Shown here piece by piece: positions 30,171 through 41,226 of a stretch of 64,000 nt of DNA. The position numbers and the translations under genes were made by a program. The DNA lies in NCBI GenBank assembly GCA_964035575.1, contig OZ037838.1, forward strand, positions 930,001 to 994,000. Direction: 5' to 3'. Below the pieces are notes generated by a model. That model ran no database searches. It was not told the origin of the DNA and saw nothing but the letters and a program-made list of their open reading frames with translations. Position 1 is the first letter of the stretch. Every line of letters starts with the position of its first letter. The DNA is from Rhynchopus sp. YZ270_cl-10 (lineage: Eukaryota).

Positions 30171-33100
30171 ATGCCGCCACGATATGCAGTGTTCGCAGCA
30201 CTGCTGTGTTGTGTGGATGCACAGAGCTTTACCCCTGATGGCAATGAGACAGAGATCACGTGTACCCCCCTCTCGAAGGAATGCAACGTCTTTTGCGAGA
30301 CTTCCGTGTCTTGCAACGGGCTTGTTGTCCAAGCAGTCTCTGCGGCGGCGCTGAATGTGCACTGCGCGACGCAGTCTGCCTGCAATTCGATAGTCATCAA
30401 TGCATCTGGGACAGCGGATACGCAAGGTAAGTCCTTTTCCTTGACAGCAGTGCACGAACAGACGCATATGGATATCAGCGTGGAGTGGTACCAGATGGTC
30501 GCACTGTCCTGCAAACACTACGGAAGCTGCATGCTCTCGAGACTCTCGCTGTCGCATCTTGGTGCGGTCGAGTTGACGTGCTCCTCGTCAATGAGCTGCA
30601 GCAACTGGACGCTGTCTGCACAGGATATCGACCGCGTAGCAGTTCTTGACGTCGACGGCGAAGCTGCCTTCGCGTACAACACAATCTCGCTTGCGAACGC
30701 ACCGTTCCTCCCACTGACCTGCACCGACAAAGCCTGCACGAACAACAATATCAGCATCGCAAACCCACGCAGCGGCGATTCCTTTTCGTTGACCTGCAAT
30801 GGAACGACTGCGTGTGCAGACACAGAGATCCACCTTGCCAATGTCTTCGACGTCGATGTGTACTGCGACACCGACTCAAGCTGTGCAGGCATGTCCGTCT
30901 CCGGGAAGTGTGCTGACGCAAGTGGCATTTGCGGCAAAGAGGTTTCTGCCGCAAGCTGCGCCGCCAGCCCGAGCTACGCACACTGCGACGGGGCAGCGGG
31001 GAAGAACTACCCGTACGTCGCACCCACACCTGCTCCTGTTACGCCCACACCTGCTCCCGTGACGCCTACACCTGCTCCTGTTACACCTACACCTGGACCC
31101 GTGACACCCTCACCGCCCACAGCAGAGCCAAGCACAAACGCGCCAGACTCCCCTGTCCTGGGAGACCTTGCCAAGATCCTGATCCCCGTTTCCCTGTTTC
31201 TCCTTGTGATGCTCTGCCTAGTGGTCGATGCAGTGCTGTACAAACGTAGTGACCCGCAGGAGCTCCGTGCCAGGAGAGGGGGCTATGAAGAGATTCAGAA
31301 CTTGGACGACTTGGACGAGCCCGAGACAGTCGGAGAGAGGTCGGTGGCCAAGCGCCTGTTCAAGATGTTCCACTCTGTGCTGCCGTTTGCGACGGTCGTG
31401 GGGAACGTGTCTGAACTGCTGCTGACGCACGGCATCAAACAGTACTACGCAATGGCGTACGTTGGCATTGAGCTGTGGATGCGAGGGCGTCTCCTTGTCA
31501 CACTGCAGATGAGGCGTGTGCGCGGCTTGCATCTGGGCCGCATCCTGATGTTGTGTATTTCAGACATATTCGAGTACAGCAAGGCTGTGGGCCTGTCTGA
31601 CTCTGCTGGCCACGAGGTTGAGAAGTTCCAGGTCAACACGAAGGTCCTGCCAGAGATGGTCGTGAGTGTGTCGCAGCTGGTGTCGCGGTTCCACTCATCA
31701 GACCAGAGCGTGACTGGGACTGTATTTGCGTGTGCCATGCTTGTGTCATCCTTTCGGGGCATGTGGCGGCATGACATGTCCTGCCATATCTTTGGCTTCC
31801 CCATCGACAGTGCTGCCCGCGTTATAGCGTTGGGTGCGGCAGTGCACACTGTGTCGTACCCACTCTTCGCACTGCCTGTGGAGGTGGTGATAGCCCTGGC
31901 ACACACAAAGTCGCCTGCGAAGACGGAGTCGCATATGCTGCTGACGGACTTCTCAAACCCACTGCTCGTCCTGCTCAAGATCTCCAGCAACGTGGCGCTG
32001 GCGGGGCTGAGCTGCTACCACAGCGGATGGACGCCCTTCTCCTTTGTCGTTGTCGGCGTCGTTGCAGTAGCGTCCCTTGCGCACATCCACGCCATCCACC
32101 GTGGCGGGAAGTACGACTTCCACACGGCTCCGTTGTTTGAACCGAAAGAACACCAGAACCCACACGACGTCGAGATGCTTCGGTACATCAATGACGAGGA
32201 CGAGGACGAGGACTACTACGTGCATGAGTTCAAGATGCTCCTTGCGAAGTACTGCGATGCGACACACGACGAAAAATCGGAAAACCTTTCCCACAGTATA
32301 CTACAGTGCGCGGCACGCCGGGCGGAAGACTGTGACACAGTCTGCCAGCACAAAGACGAGAAAACGGCGTGCACGCTCCTACACGCGGCGTGCAAACACG
32401 GCTTCGTTGACAAGCTCGTTGGGAAGCGCCTTTGCAAAGGACTGGACCCGAACGCGAAATCACTCACAGACGAAACACCACTAGACATGCTTGTTGCTTC
32501 CCACGGCGCGAACGGCGCTGACCCGACCGCAGTCTTGAAGACATTCCTCTCAGCCGCATGGCGCCGCACCCCAGATTTGAACCGCCTGCTCCCACGGCTC
32601 GTTGAGGGAGGGCATTTAAACGCGATGAAGTCAGACATATTCAAAGATTTCGACTACGACGCCGCTGCTGGGGGACACAAATTGGTCCCGTATGCAGCGC
32701 AGCAGGAGAACGGCGAGGAGATGGCGCTGTACTGTTTGGAGCGGGGCTGGGGTGCGGCTGACGATGTTTTGGACGACGGGAAGAGCGCCGCGCACTTCTG
32801 CGCAAACAAGATGGCGTTGTTGAAGAAAATTGCAGAATTACTCCCTCAAGGGATGGAGCAGGTGATCCATCTGGAGGACCTGGACGGAAACACACCGGCG
32901 CATTGCGTTGCCGCTGTCAAAGGGTACGACTGCGAGATCCTTCGAAAGCTCCACACCGAGAAGACAAACCATGCGGGCGAAACCTACCTCCACGTTGCCG
33001 CACGCACGCCAGACGCTGACCTGGAATACTTCACAAAGGAGGTTGCACAGGAGCTTCTCTCTGTCGAGGACGCCAACGAACAGATCCCCATCGAGCACGC

Positions 33101-33599
33101 CTGCAAAGGCACTGCACACACCGACCTGACCGCCTTTTGGCTGCACTCGCCTGAAGATGGCGCTTCGCGAGCTGCACGCGAGCTTATCTCGCAAGCCTTC
33201 CCAGAGCAGACCACAGCGCAGGCAGGCTGCTACCGCAAACGGTTCATCTCTGTTGCTGAGCGATTGAAGGCCCGCAGACAGCACAGCAAATCCGATGCAC
33301 TTCCCGAAGTGCGCACCCGTCTCGCAAACACAGCCGCATCCCTGAAAGAGCGTCTCGACGAAAACAAAAAGCACATCAAAAACGAGGACACCTACCAACG
33401 TGAGTTCCTCACCAGCGCGGTGTCAGCAGCAAGCCACAAAAAGACGACCTTGGTGTATCTCCTCGATGCGGGGCGCTGCTGCTTTTCGAGTGCACGTCTC
33501 TTGCGTCACCAATGGTGGAAGCAATACTTCGCAGCAGAAAGGGAAGGTCTCGAAGCAGAACTCAAAGAAGTCAAAAGCTGGCTAGCACTGGTACAGTAA
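30171..33599 (+). CDS. Receptor-like membrane protein: Cys-rich ectodomain, Pro/Thr stalk, several TM segments, ankyrin repeats
   Basis: Signal peptide, repeated C-x-x-x-x-(S/A)C motifs, (PAPVTPT)n and a TM segment (LAKILIPVSLFLLVMLCLVV). Ankyrin-like motifs TLLHAAC, GNTPAH and GETYLHVAA follow. Confidence 0.75.
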   Translation: MPPRYAVFAALLCCVDAQSFTPDGNETEITCTPLSKECNVFCETSVSCNGLVVQAVSAAALNVHCATQSACNSIVINASGTADTQGKSFSLTAVHEQTHMDISVEWYQMVALSCKHYGSCMLSRLSLSHLGAVELTCSSSMSCSNWTLSAQDIDRVAVLDVDGEAAFAYNTISLANAPFLPLTCTDKACTNNNISIANPRSGDSFSLTCNGTTACADTEIHLANVFDVDVYCDTDSSCAGMSVSGKCADASGICGKEVSAASCAASPSYAHCDGAAGKNYPYVAPTPAPVTPTPAPVTPTPAPVTPTPGPVTPSPPTAEPSTNAPDSPVLGDLAKILIPVSLFLLVMLCLVVDAVLYKRSDPQELRARRGGYEEIQNLDDLDEPETVGERSVAKRLFKMFHSVLPFATVVGNVSELLLTHGIKQYYAMAYVGIELWMRGRLLVTLQMRRVRGLHLGRILMLCISDIFEYSKAVGLSDSAGHEVEKFQVNTKVLPEMVVSVSQLVSRFHSSDQSVTGTVFACAMLVSSFRGMWRHDMSCHIFGFPIDSAARVIALGAAVHTVSYPLFALPVEVVIALAHTKSPAKTESHMLLTDFSNPLLVLLKISSNVALAGLSCYHSGWTPFSFVVVGVVAVASLAHIHAIHRGGKYDFHTAPLFEPKEHQNPHDVEMLRYINDEDEDEDYYVHEFKMLLAKYCDATHDEKSENLSHSILQCAARRAEDCDTVCQHKDEKTACTLLHAACKHGFVDKLVGKRLCKGLDPNAKSLTDETPLDMLVASHGANGADPTAVLKTFLSAAWRRTPDLNRLLPRLVEGGHLNAMKSDIFKDFDYDAAAGGHKLVPYAAQQENGEEMALYCLERGWGAADDVLDDGKSAAHFCANKMALLKKIAELLPQGMEQVIHLEDLDGNTPAHCVAAVKGYDCEILRKLHTEKTNHAGETYLHVAARTPDADLEYFTKEVAQELLSVEDANEQIPIEHACKGTAHTDLTAFWLHSPEDGASRAARELISQAFPEQTTAQAGCYRKRFISVAERLKARRQHSKSDALPEVRTRLANTAASLKERLDENKKHIKNEDTYQREFLTSAVSAASHKKTTLVYLLDAGRCCFSSARLLRHQWWKQYFAAEREGLEAELKEVKSWLALVQ

Positions 33600-33698
33600 T
33601 TCTAAAGGGGGGAAGGGAGAAGAGGGGGAGGGGAGTTTTTGTGGTCAGCGAATGTGTGAAAAAAAAGAGAAAAAAAGAAACGACATACACCGGGCGTT

Positions 33699-33818
33699 AT
33701 CAAACGTTACAACGTTGGAGGTTTGATGTAACGTTACACCGTTATAACACTTCCCCTCATTAAAATGTTCTGTATAACGTTATACCGTTTTTAAAACCAT
33801 AACGTTGTGACATTTGAT
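33699..33818. mobile_element. Small MITE-like palindrome
   Basis: Imperfect inverted ends ATCAAACGTTACAACGTT / AACGTTGTGACATTTGAT. Confidence 0.4.
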
Positions 33819-35232
33819 CTCCCTACGTATGAAAAGAGGAAAAGGAAAATATATAAAAAGACTCATTCTCGTCAAAGCTAGCGATTTTTTTTTTAGGGGC
33901 AAAAATAAAAAAATGATTTCCCCGTTACCAAGGACGTAACATTGTATCCGTGGGGGCCCTTTTGTTATCTCTGCTCCGGAGTGCGATAGCCCGCGGAGTG
34001 TCAGTGCCTGCGTCCCAGAGGCGTTTTGCACTATCAACTTCACTTTGTTGCACCCTCCTGAAACTCTCTAATAAAGGTCTACCTGAGAGTGAAAAAGGTG
34101 CTGGGGATGGCTTCTCACAGAGTGTGAAAAAAGGCTGTGAGAAAAATGGTTAGGTGTCTCCGTGATAGCAAAAGCTACTCCTAAAAGGAGAAACAGCGCC
34201 ACAAGATACCACAGATATTCTTAGCTTTTTCTCTTAGCTACCCCTCAACAACGCGAGGAAAGTCTCCAAGTTTAAACGAAAAAAAAAAAAGTGTGTCGTG
34301 ATTACTTTCGTTTTTTTTGGTAATTCCTTCGTGAGATATTGCTCTACGGGTGTTTGTTCACCTTTTAAAAGCGTTTTTTTTTTTTTTTTTGTGGGTGTTT
34401 GTCAGGCTCTCCGCTAGGATTTCCGATTTTGAAAATATTCTGTTGATGGTCCACGTTGGTGGGGTACATGCTTGCGCCGCAGGCGCACGGTACGCAACTT
34501 TTTTTTTTTACCAACGCCCGATTTTGACTTTTTTGGGACGTTTGAGCACTCACCTCTCCATATCTTCTTCTCCTGAGCTTTTTTGACAGGTAGAACGGGT
34601 CTGAACCACTTAGCAGAACTTTTTTTTTTTTTTCTTTTTTTCCCCATTTTCAAAAAGTTCTGTTGACAATCAACAGAACTTTAGTACCTAGCGGAGTGCC
34701 TGGTGTTTGTTTAAGCTGTAAACAAAAATGAACCCGCACTGTACGCTTCTCCCCCCCTCCTTCCCCTTCCCCTTCCCTCTCACCCCAACCTTCCCACCAG
34801 CTGCATATGAGTAGCTGATTTTTCAGGGCCGCATCGCTGCGGTGCTCGTTTCGAATTTGCTACTGATAATTATGAGAGAATAGTGTGTAAAGGAGGGTGG
34901 TCAATTCACCCGGTCTAAAATCTCTATAGGCGAGTCGGGGGAGTGGGCCTCTTGTCCCATCCAATTACCCTCCTGCTGCAGTTGTTCTCTACCCGCAAAA
35001 GAAAAGAAAAGAAAGAAGAAAAAAAACGGAAAAAAGTGGGGGAAAAAAGAAGGGGTGAAAAAAAAACGTTTTTTTTTGGTGTCATGCTCGCGCATCGTAC
35101 CTTAGTACCTGTGCGTGTATGTGTCTGTTGACCATACGGATGTATAAATGTGTGAAATGCTCGTTTGTTTTTTTAAGTTTTTTCTTTTGTCTATTTTTGA
35201 CGCATGCATTATCATCAGTCATCTTTCAATTA

Positions 35233-35426
35233 CCGTAATCGTAAAAATTCTGGACCGTAAAATACATGGACCGCAAAAATTCTGGAACTTTTTCGATTTT
35301 TCCAAGAGTTGGAACATTGTTACGGTCCAGATATACTACGGTCCAGATGTGATTTTTACCTGCCGAGTACTTAGCGGTTTTTGGTTTCATCAATATTTTT
35401 ACGGTCCAGCATTTTTACGTTGACGG
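35233..35426. mobile_element. TA-flanked CCGT-type MITE
   Basis: ~34-bp imperfect TIR TA|CCGTAATCGTAAAAATTCTGGACCGTAAAA ... TTTTACGGTCCAGCATTTTTACGTTGACGG|TA. Confidence 0.7.
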
Positions 35427-36641
35427 TATTTCTTTTTATACAGATGACTAAGCACGAGAGGCTTAGAGTCATCTTATAAACCCTTCTTTTATTTTTGTGT
35501 ATTTATTCCCTAACACATAGCGCATTACTAAGAAACTAAAAGAAATCCAACGTTCAGATCGTGCATAACAGTATTTCCCCTTGAATCCTTTTCACCTTTT
35601 CACCTTTTGCGCCAAGATTTTTTTTTTACCCCTATTTGGCTGCGGCACATAAAACCACGCTGTTATCAAGATCAGTTGCCGGATGATGTTACCTAGCTGT
35701 TTTTGGGCACAGCCTGGGTTGACTATTGCACACCTAGGTTAGGTGGAATACTATAACCACCACTATATGCACCCGTTGTATCAGTCTGTATATTGTGTGA
35801 CTGAGTGTGGGAGGATGCGTTCAAGAATGAAACTCTTTCCCCCCAAACCCCCTTTTCATTTTCATCTCAGTTTTCTTTATCCAAACGTCGAGTGGACGCG
35901 TAAGAATTCCCTAACACAATGCCAATGCCACAACAGCATACGTAGTAGTAGCAGTCTAGTGGCCCCCTCAGGCATGAGAACAAGCCCCGCACCCCGGACC
36001 CCGCACCCCCAAGCCTTATTCTCATGTCCGGCCCCCCATACCGTGCCTCAGTCTTACCCTGTAATGTCCTCCGTGTTTGCTGCTCAGGAGGACGTTGCGT
36101 AAGACTACGGTGCTAATGTTATTTGCCCCCGGCCCCTTTTTGCAAAGGTCTGAAAAATACCAGAATTTAATTTCTACTTACATCAACCCCCAGCCCTTAT
36201 GCAAGGTTTGAACGGTACTTTGAAGCGATACTTATGTCATTTGGGGTGACTTAAAGACAAAGAGACACAAAGTAACTTTTCCATCATTTTTTTTTTTACC
36301 AGAAAATGAATTTTCTGCATTTTTTTTTTCCTCTTTCAAACACCCCCCTTTACAAAACTTTGCGCGCGAAAAATATCATTAGATCCCCCCCTTTTTTTTT
36401 ACCATAAAACAACGTTCAAAACGTTCGAAATATTTCCTTTAGATTGTATGCACAAAATGCGTATTCACTTTCTAAAAGGAAAACAAAAAAAAAAAATCAA
36501 ATTAAAAGAGATATGGCACTTTCTCGGGGTGTCCACACCTAAATCCCATACTTCACAACCTCCCCTCCCCATCTTTTTACATCTACCGATCCCCACCCCC
36601 CCACCCCACCCCACCACCAGGACATCCATGCCCCATGCCCT

Positions 36642-37259
36642 ATGCCTGATCCCTGCACACGCCTTTTCTGTGCATCTCTTGAAGGCGTTTTCACTTCATT
36701 TTTGGAGGCGCTTCTGAGCAAGGTTGTGCGGGCCTTAGGGGTCTATCCGGTGTCGGTATGGGGAAGGGCAGTGTTTGGGGGGGCTGAGGCGTGGACAGCA
36801 CGGCATACAGTGCTGCGGAGCTATCTGCGGGAGCATGCTGCCAGCGCATCAGAGCTGTTGGGGGCGGGTCTGGCCACATCTGTATCGGTTGTCGCAGGCG
36901 GGCGTGCTGTGGTGCTGATGCTGTATGGCAGCAACACCGACACTGTCAGCAGCGCGCAGACACGCCTTGCTGTACCCGCGCTAGCTTCCTGTCTCTCCTT
37001 CAATGACACCACCCTGCACACTGCGCACGACAGCGACACACAAGATTGGCACATCGAACTCAGCACCGACACTCCCTTCATCCTTCGCGACACGCGGTGG
37101 GGGTGGGTAAGGGGTGGGAATGGGGCTAGCGGTGGCGATGATACACACAGCAGCGGTGTGTGCATCTTCTCCTCAGAAGGTGTTGTCCCAAGCGGTGCAC
37201 TGCCCTTTTGCCTGCAGCTCTTTGTGCGGGATGTGGTGGAGGCTTCGACGGGTATTTGA
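36642..37259 (+). CDS. Hypothetical protein or gene fragment
   Basis: GC-rich 205-aa ORF with coding-like composition; no recognisable motif. Confidence 0.3.
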   Translation: MPDPCTRLFCASLEGVFTSFLEALLSKVVRALGVYPVSVWGRAVFGGAEAWTARHTVLRSYLREHAASASELLGAGLATSVSVVAGGRAVVLMLYGSNTDTVSSAQTRLAVPALASCLSFNDTTLHTAHDSDTQDWHIELSTDTPFILRDTRWGWVRGGNGASGGDDTHSSGVCIFSSEGVVPSGALPFCLQLFVRDVVEASTGI

Positions 37260-37264
37260 CTGCG

Positions 37265-38044
37265 CAAAGCCTCTCAGATTGGAGGCAAGCCTTCTGTCTT
37301 GTGGTAGCTGCAAGTGGTGCTTCTGGGGATCCGAATGGAACAACGGCTTTGTCATCTGCGCAAAAAACAACCACATCGTATCCCATCTCTCGTCAGTGAT
37401 GACCATTCCTTCACGAATCGTTGGAGTTGCACACCGTATGCACCGTCAATGTGGGGCTTGCGGTTGGTTCTGCTCTGGGTGGAGAGGGTGATGGGAAACC
37501 GCGATACGTAGCGGGACGTGCTGGCGTGGTGGGGGTTTCTGGGCCAAAACTGATAGCGCAAGTAGGTTTCACACGGGACAGGCGTGTCTGGGGGGAGCTC
37601 CCTTTTCACTTCCTCCATCAGGAGTTTCAAGGAGGCAAACGGTACTGAAGGCCTTGTGATATCACCGTGGCGACGTTCGTCCACTGCCAAGCCCCTCTTA
37701 TCGAGCACAGACCACACGTGTTGAAAGTAAACCTCAAATTTTGTTTTTGTACTTTTTCTTGGTACCACAGAGTTGGAAGCGGGGGGGGGCACATTCTCCT
37801 CCAGGAAGTCTTCTGAACTGAAAATTGTTTTCAGTTCTTCTTCGCTGAAGTCAACCCTCGAGCCACATATCACCTTTTCCTGTATTTTGGTGCGTGGTGC
37901 CATTGCATCGCCTGTAAACGCTATGTACACCGCTGAGAGAACTTTTTTTGGGATGTTTGTTGACCTTGAAACGCTGGCTACGAGTCGTTTTTTAAGTCGT
38001 TTTTCCTTTTCGAAGAATGGAACTCCTTCCCTTTCCCAATACAT
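37265..38044 (-). pseudogene. Frameshifted DDE transposase remnant, Zator/TP36-like
   Basis: Motifs AVDERRH, YLRYQFWPRNP and RKPHID, then FCADDKAVVPFG in a shifted frame, resembling the Zator DDKARVPIG catalytic motif (recalled, not searched). Confidence 0.5.
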
Positions 38045-38396
38045 TTCCGAAGTGTACGATCTTGCTCAGCGTCGGGAGTATTCTCCGGTATGAAAAATAC
38101 AATTGTCAGTTTCACAACTGGTCCCCCACAGCAGTCTCGTGCATTCCCAGTTTACAAGAATGCCACAAGTCTTTCGGAAAATTGAACCTCTTGTGCCTGT
38201 CACTTGGGGTGAAGGGATCCACATCCACAACTGTCAGAGGTGGCAGGGAGTCGAGGTGTTCATGAAGGTCCCGCAGTTCTTTACTTTTACCATCGCCCTT
38301 TCACCAAACGGTAGCCTTTTTTTTAACACTCAAACCCCTCTAAAAATTCCTCCAAAAAAAATAGAAAAATACACAAAAAAGGACCACTCTTTCACA

Positions 38397-39116
38397 ATGC
38401 ACCGCGTATCTGTTCTGTTCGCTTGCGCCGCTTCTGCTGCAGCGATGTGTGATGACTTCTCGGATGTGGTGAAGTTCAAGAACTCTGCGGACCCTCCGGT
38501 TTCTTTGACACCCGAGGATGTCTCGAACCGTATGCTGGGTTGGGAGGTGGACGACGTCCAGCCTATTCTGAATGAATTCCACGGGGTGCAGCTCCGCCCG
38601 CAGACGAAGGCGTTTTTCCCTTTCCAGAACAACCGCGCTGTGCTGCAGAAGGACACACAGTACACCTTCCACTGCCCGACCAGCTGCAGCGGCAAGCCCT
38701 GCGAGGTGATCATTGCCAACTACCACTGCTACCCGTGCTCTGCGTCGTCGAACGGAGGCTTCCCGAAGTCGCTTCCTCTTGAGGGCATCTACAAGCCTGG
38801 ACACTGTGTGCCCAAGTTCAACTTCGTCGGAAACAGCTTCTTCATGGTTGGCTACCGCATGCTGCTGGCCGCAGGTGAAACCGTCTCGACACCTCTCACA
38901 GACAAGCCTCTCCTCCACACCTTCGCCACGCTCCGCCAGGGCGCCATCGACTGTGGAGACCTGACAGCTGGGGAGTGCTCGCTTGGACAGACAGACGGTG
39001 AGTGTTACTGGTCCGCTGCTGACACTGAGTGCAAGAGCAACTGGTGTCCCGCCCCCAAGCCAGGAAAGAGACCCGACTGCTCGATCTGTGCTGACTCTGT
39101 TACCCTCGATGATTAG
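38397..39116 (+). CDS. Secreted Cys-rich hypothetical protein
   Basis: Signal peptide MHRVSVLFACAASAAA, many Cys, strong GC3 bias. Confidence 0.7.
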   Translation: MHRVSVLFACAASAAAMCDDFSDVVKFKNSADPPVSLTPEDVSNRMLGWEVDDVQPILNEFHGVQLRPQTKAFFPFQNNRAVLQKDTQYTFHCPTSCSGKPCEVIIANYHCYPCSASSNGGFPKSLPLEGIYKPGHCVPKFNFVGNSFFMVGYRMLLAAGETVSTPLTDKPLLHTFATLRQGAIDCGDLTAGECSLGQTDGECYWSAADTECKSNWCPAPKPGKRPDCSICADSVTLDD

Positions 39117-39435
39117 AAAATTTGAAAAAAAAGTGAGGGTGTGAATGGAGTTTTGGTCAACTTTGTGTTATTTTTTTATGGAAAAACAAAAAAAATGATT
39201 ACTGTACGATGCGGTGTTACTCCAAACAAGTTTTCAAAAAAAAGAAGAAAAAAATATCAAACAAAAACAAAAACAAAAAATGTCGACGATGAAGCAAAAA
39301 AGATTGTTGACAAAAAACAAAATAGGGGGAAAAAAGGAGTACACGGTGGAGTCTACCCGGGGGGGAGTTACTCTTTTGGGGTGTCGGATTAGGGGGACTC
39401 CATAGTCCCCCTAGGGGGACTATAGAGTCCCCCTA

Positions 39436-39644
39436 GGCATAGTGTGCAGACGAACATTTTTGGTTCGTCGACGAACAAAATGTTCGTCGGTTTTGTTCGT
39501 CGATGTTCGTCGACGAACATCGACGAACAGGTCCCTGCCACAAGGGCAACCCACGACGAACAACGACGAACATCGACGAACAAAAATTTTTTTTCCCCCC
39601 ACGACGAACATCGACGAACATTTTGTTCGTCTGCACACTATGCC
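39436..39644. mobile_element. Nested palindromic MITE inside the left TIR
   Basis: TA|GGCATAGTGTGCAGACGAAC...GTTCGTCTGCACACTATGCC|TA with internal CGACGAACA repeats; absent from the right TIR. Confidence 0.8.
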
Positions 39645-40239
39645 TAGGGGGACTATGTAGTCCACCTAGGGGGACTATAGTCCCCCTAGGTGGACTCTTT
39701 TGGTGGGTTCTTGTGGGTTGTGGGGGCTGGTGCTGACAGGTATGTACACACCAGGGGGGTGGTGAGGGTCCCAGATGGGGCCCGGGGAGGTAAAAGGTCA
39801 TGGTATGCATATCATTGCACAGTTTATACAGTGCAAACTGTTGTTTGTCATTAGATGCGATACAATGACAGAGTCTTGTTGCTTATTTCCTTTCAGTCCT
39901 CAGTTCACTATGTATTTTATTATTTTTGCTACCTATTTGCCGCGTATTACGTACGTACCTAAGATGTATGTCTCCAGCATTTCATGAACTATGAAAATGC
40001 CTGGTTTAGTTTGTTAAACACAGCATGCCCAAGCGAGCCGGGCAGTCCTACAAACTTCTCGTAGTCGTTGGTGGTACGCTGTGATCTGCGGTGCCTCCCA
40101 CAACACGTCCTGACCGTGCGACATGTAGTCGCACCGGTGATCACCTTTGCTGCCTTCCGGTGGAGCAAGAGGGTGGCTCGTCCTAAGCTGAGTGGAGGTT
40201 GTTCACTGAAGAGTCTGGCTGGCTCATCAGTTGGTGCAT

Positions 40240-40760
40240 GCGTCGCCCCACCAGTTTCTCCATCACCTTCGACACACTGCCGGTAAGGGAGATCGGGCGG
40301 TACGACGAGGGTCAGTCATGTCTTTCCCTTTTTTGTGCAGTGGCATAGCGTCGTGTAGTGCAGTGTGCCCAGGATCGGTGGTGCGCGTTCACGTCCCCGC
40401 AACCACCACCTTCCCTTGTGTGTGGGCAGTTCTGAAACGTTGCCGTCGGCACGTAGTGTGTCATTTTTGTGCAGGCCTGCCGCACTTGGCCTGTGCATAT
40501 TGCAGAATCGCACACCTTCCACTTCGAAGGCGAGTCTCCGTCACGCTGCTCTCTGGAGAAGTGAAGATGTGTTTGTATGTGCGTGTGGTGCAGACGTGGA
40601 TGCCGCCTCCCGATGCCGTCGCCCCCTTCGCACGCTTTTGGATACGCATGCGTTTGTATCATACATAATGTAAACGTCGAAGCCAATGTCGCCTGTCTGG
40701 CTCGCTTTGAGTTCCTTAAGGCAGACAACGTCGTACTCTTTTTGGGCGAGCAGTAGAGTA
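40240..40760 (-). mobile_element. Internally deleted non-LTR retrotransposon (LINE) remnant: APE and RT motifs
   Basis: Minus-strand DVVCLKE and GDVNAHHRSW (APE endonuclease motifs) and PLHKKGKD..SYRPISLTGSVSKVMEKLV (start of RT). Confidence 0.75.
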
Positions 40761-40762
40761 AC

Positions 40763-41226
40763 ACACTCTTCGTGCGAGAGAGAGCAGAGCAACGTCAGGT
40801 CTTCGTCATACACAGAGACGCCGTCTTTGCCATACGAGACAACAACACTGCCACAGGAGAACAAGGTCCACGAAGCGCAGTCGACTTTGCGGACCACCTC
40901 CCCACCCGGAAGTGCAACCTTGAGAAGGCAATCCCCACAAGGCAGGTAGCAGCGTGTCTTGCACTGAGAGATGGCAGGCGCACCGTACACATAATTGTCC
41001 GCATCAATCAAATGAGAAGACAGGCTCGTAGGTTTCTGTGTCGAAGCCGCCAACATGCCCACGCCTGCTACTATAGATGCAGAGCGTTCCACAACGCGAC
41101 AGTAACCCGTTGTCTCCCGTATGCGTTACACTGTACTGAGCAGGACACTTGATGTCGGCCAAGCGAGGGCGGGCAAGCACAACCTGCACCCCTGCATCAA
41201 ACGCCGTGTCCTGCAGACGGCACGTC
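40763..41226 (-). pseudogene. Captured UBL-WD40 fragment (end of UBL through blades 1-3), frameshifted
   Basis: The reverse complement matches the family from TCRLQDTAF to LSHEEC, with a frameshift near 41008. Confidence 0.9.
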
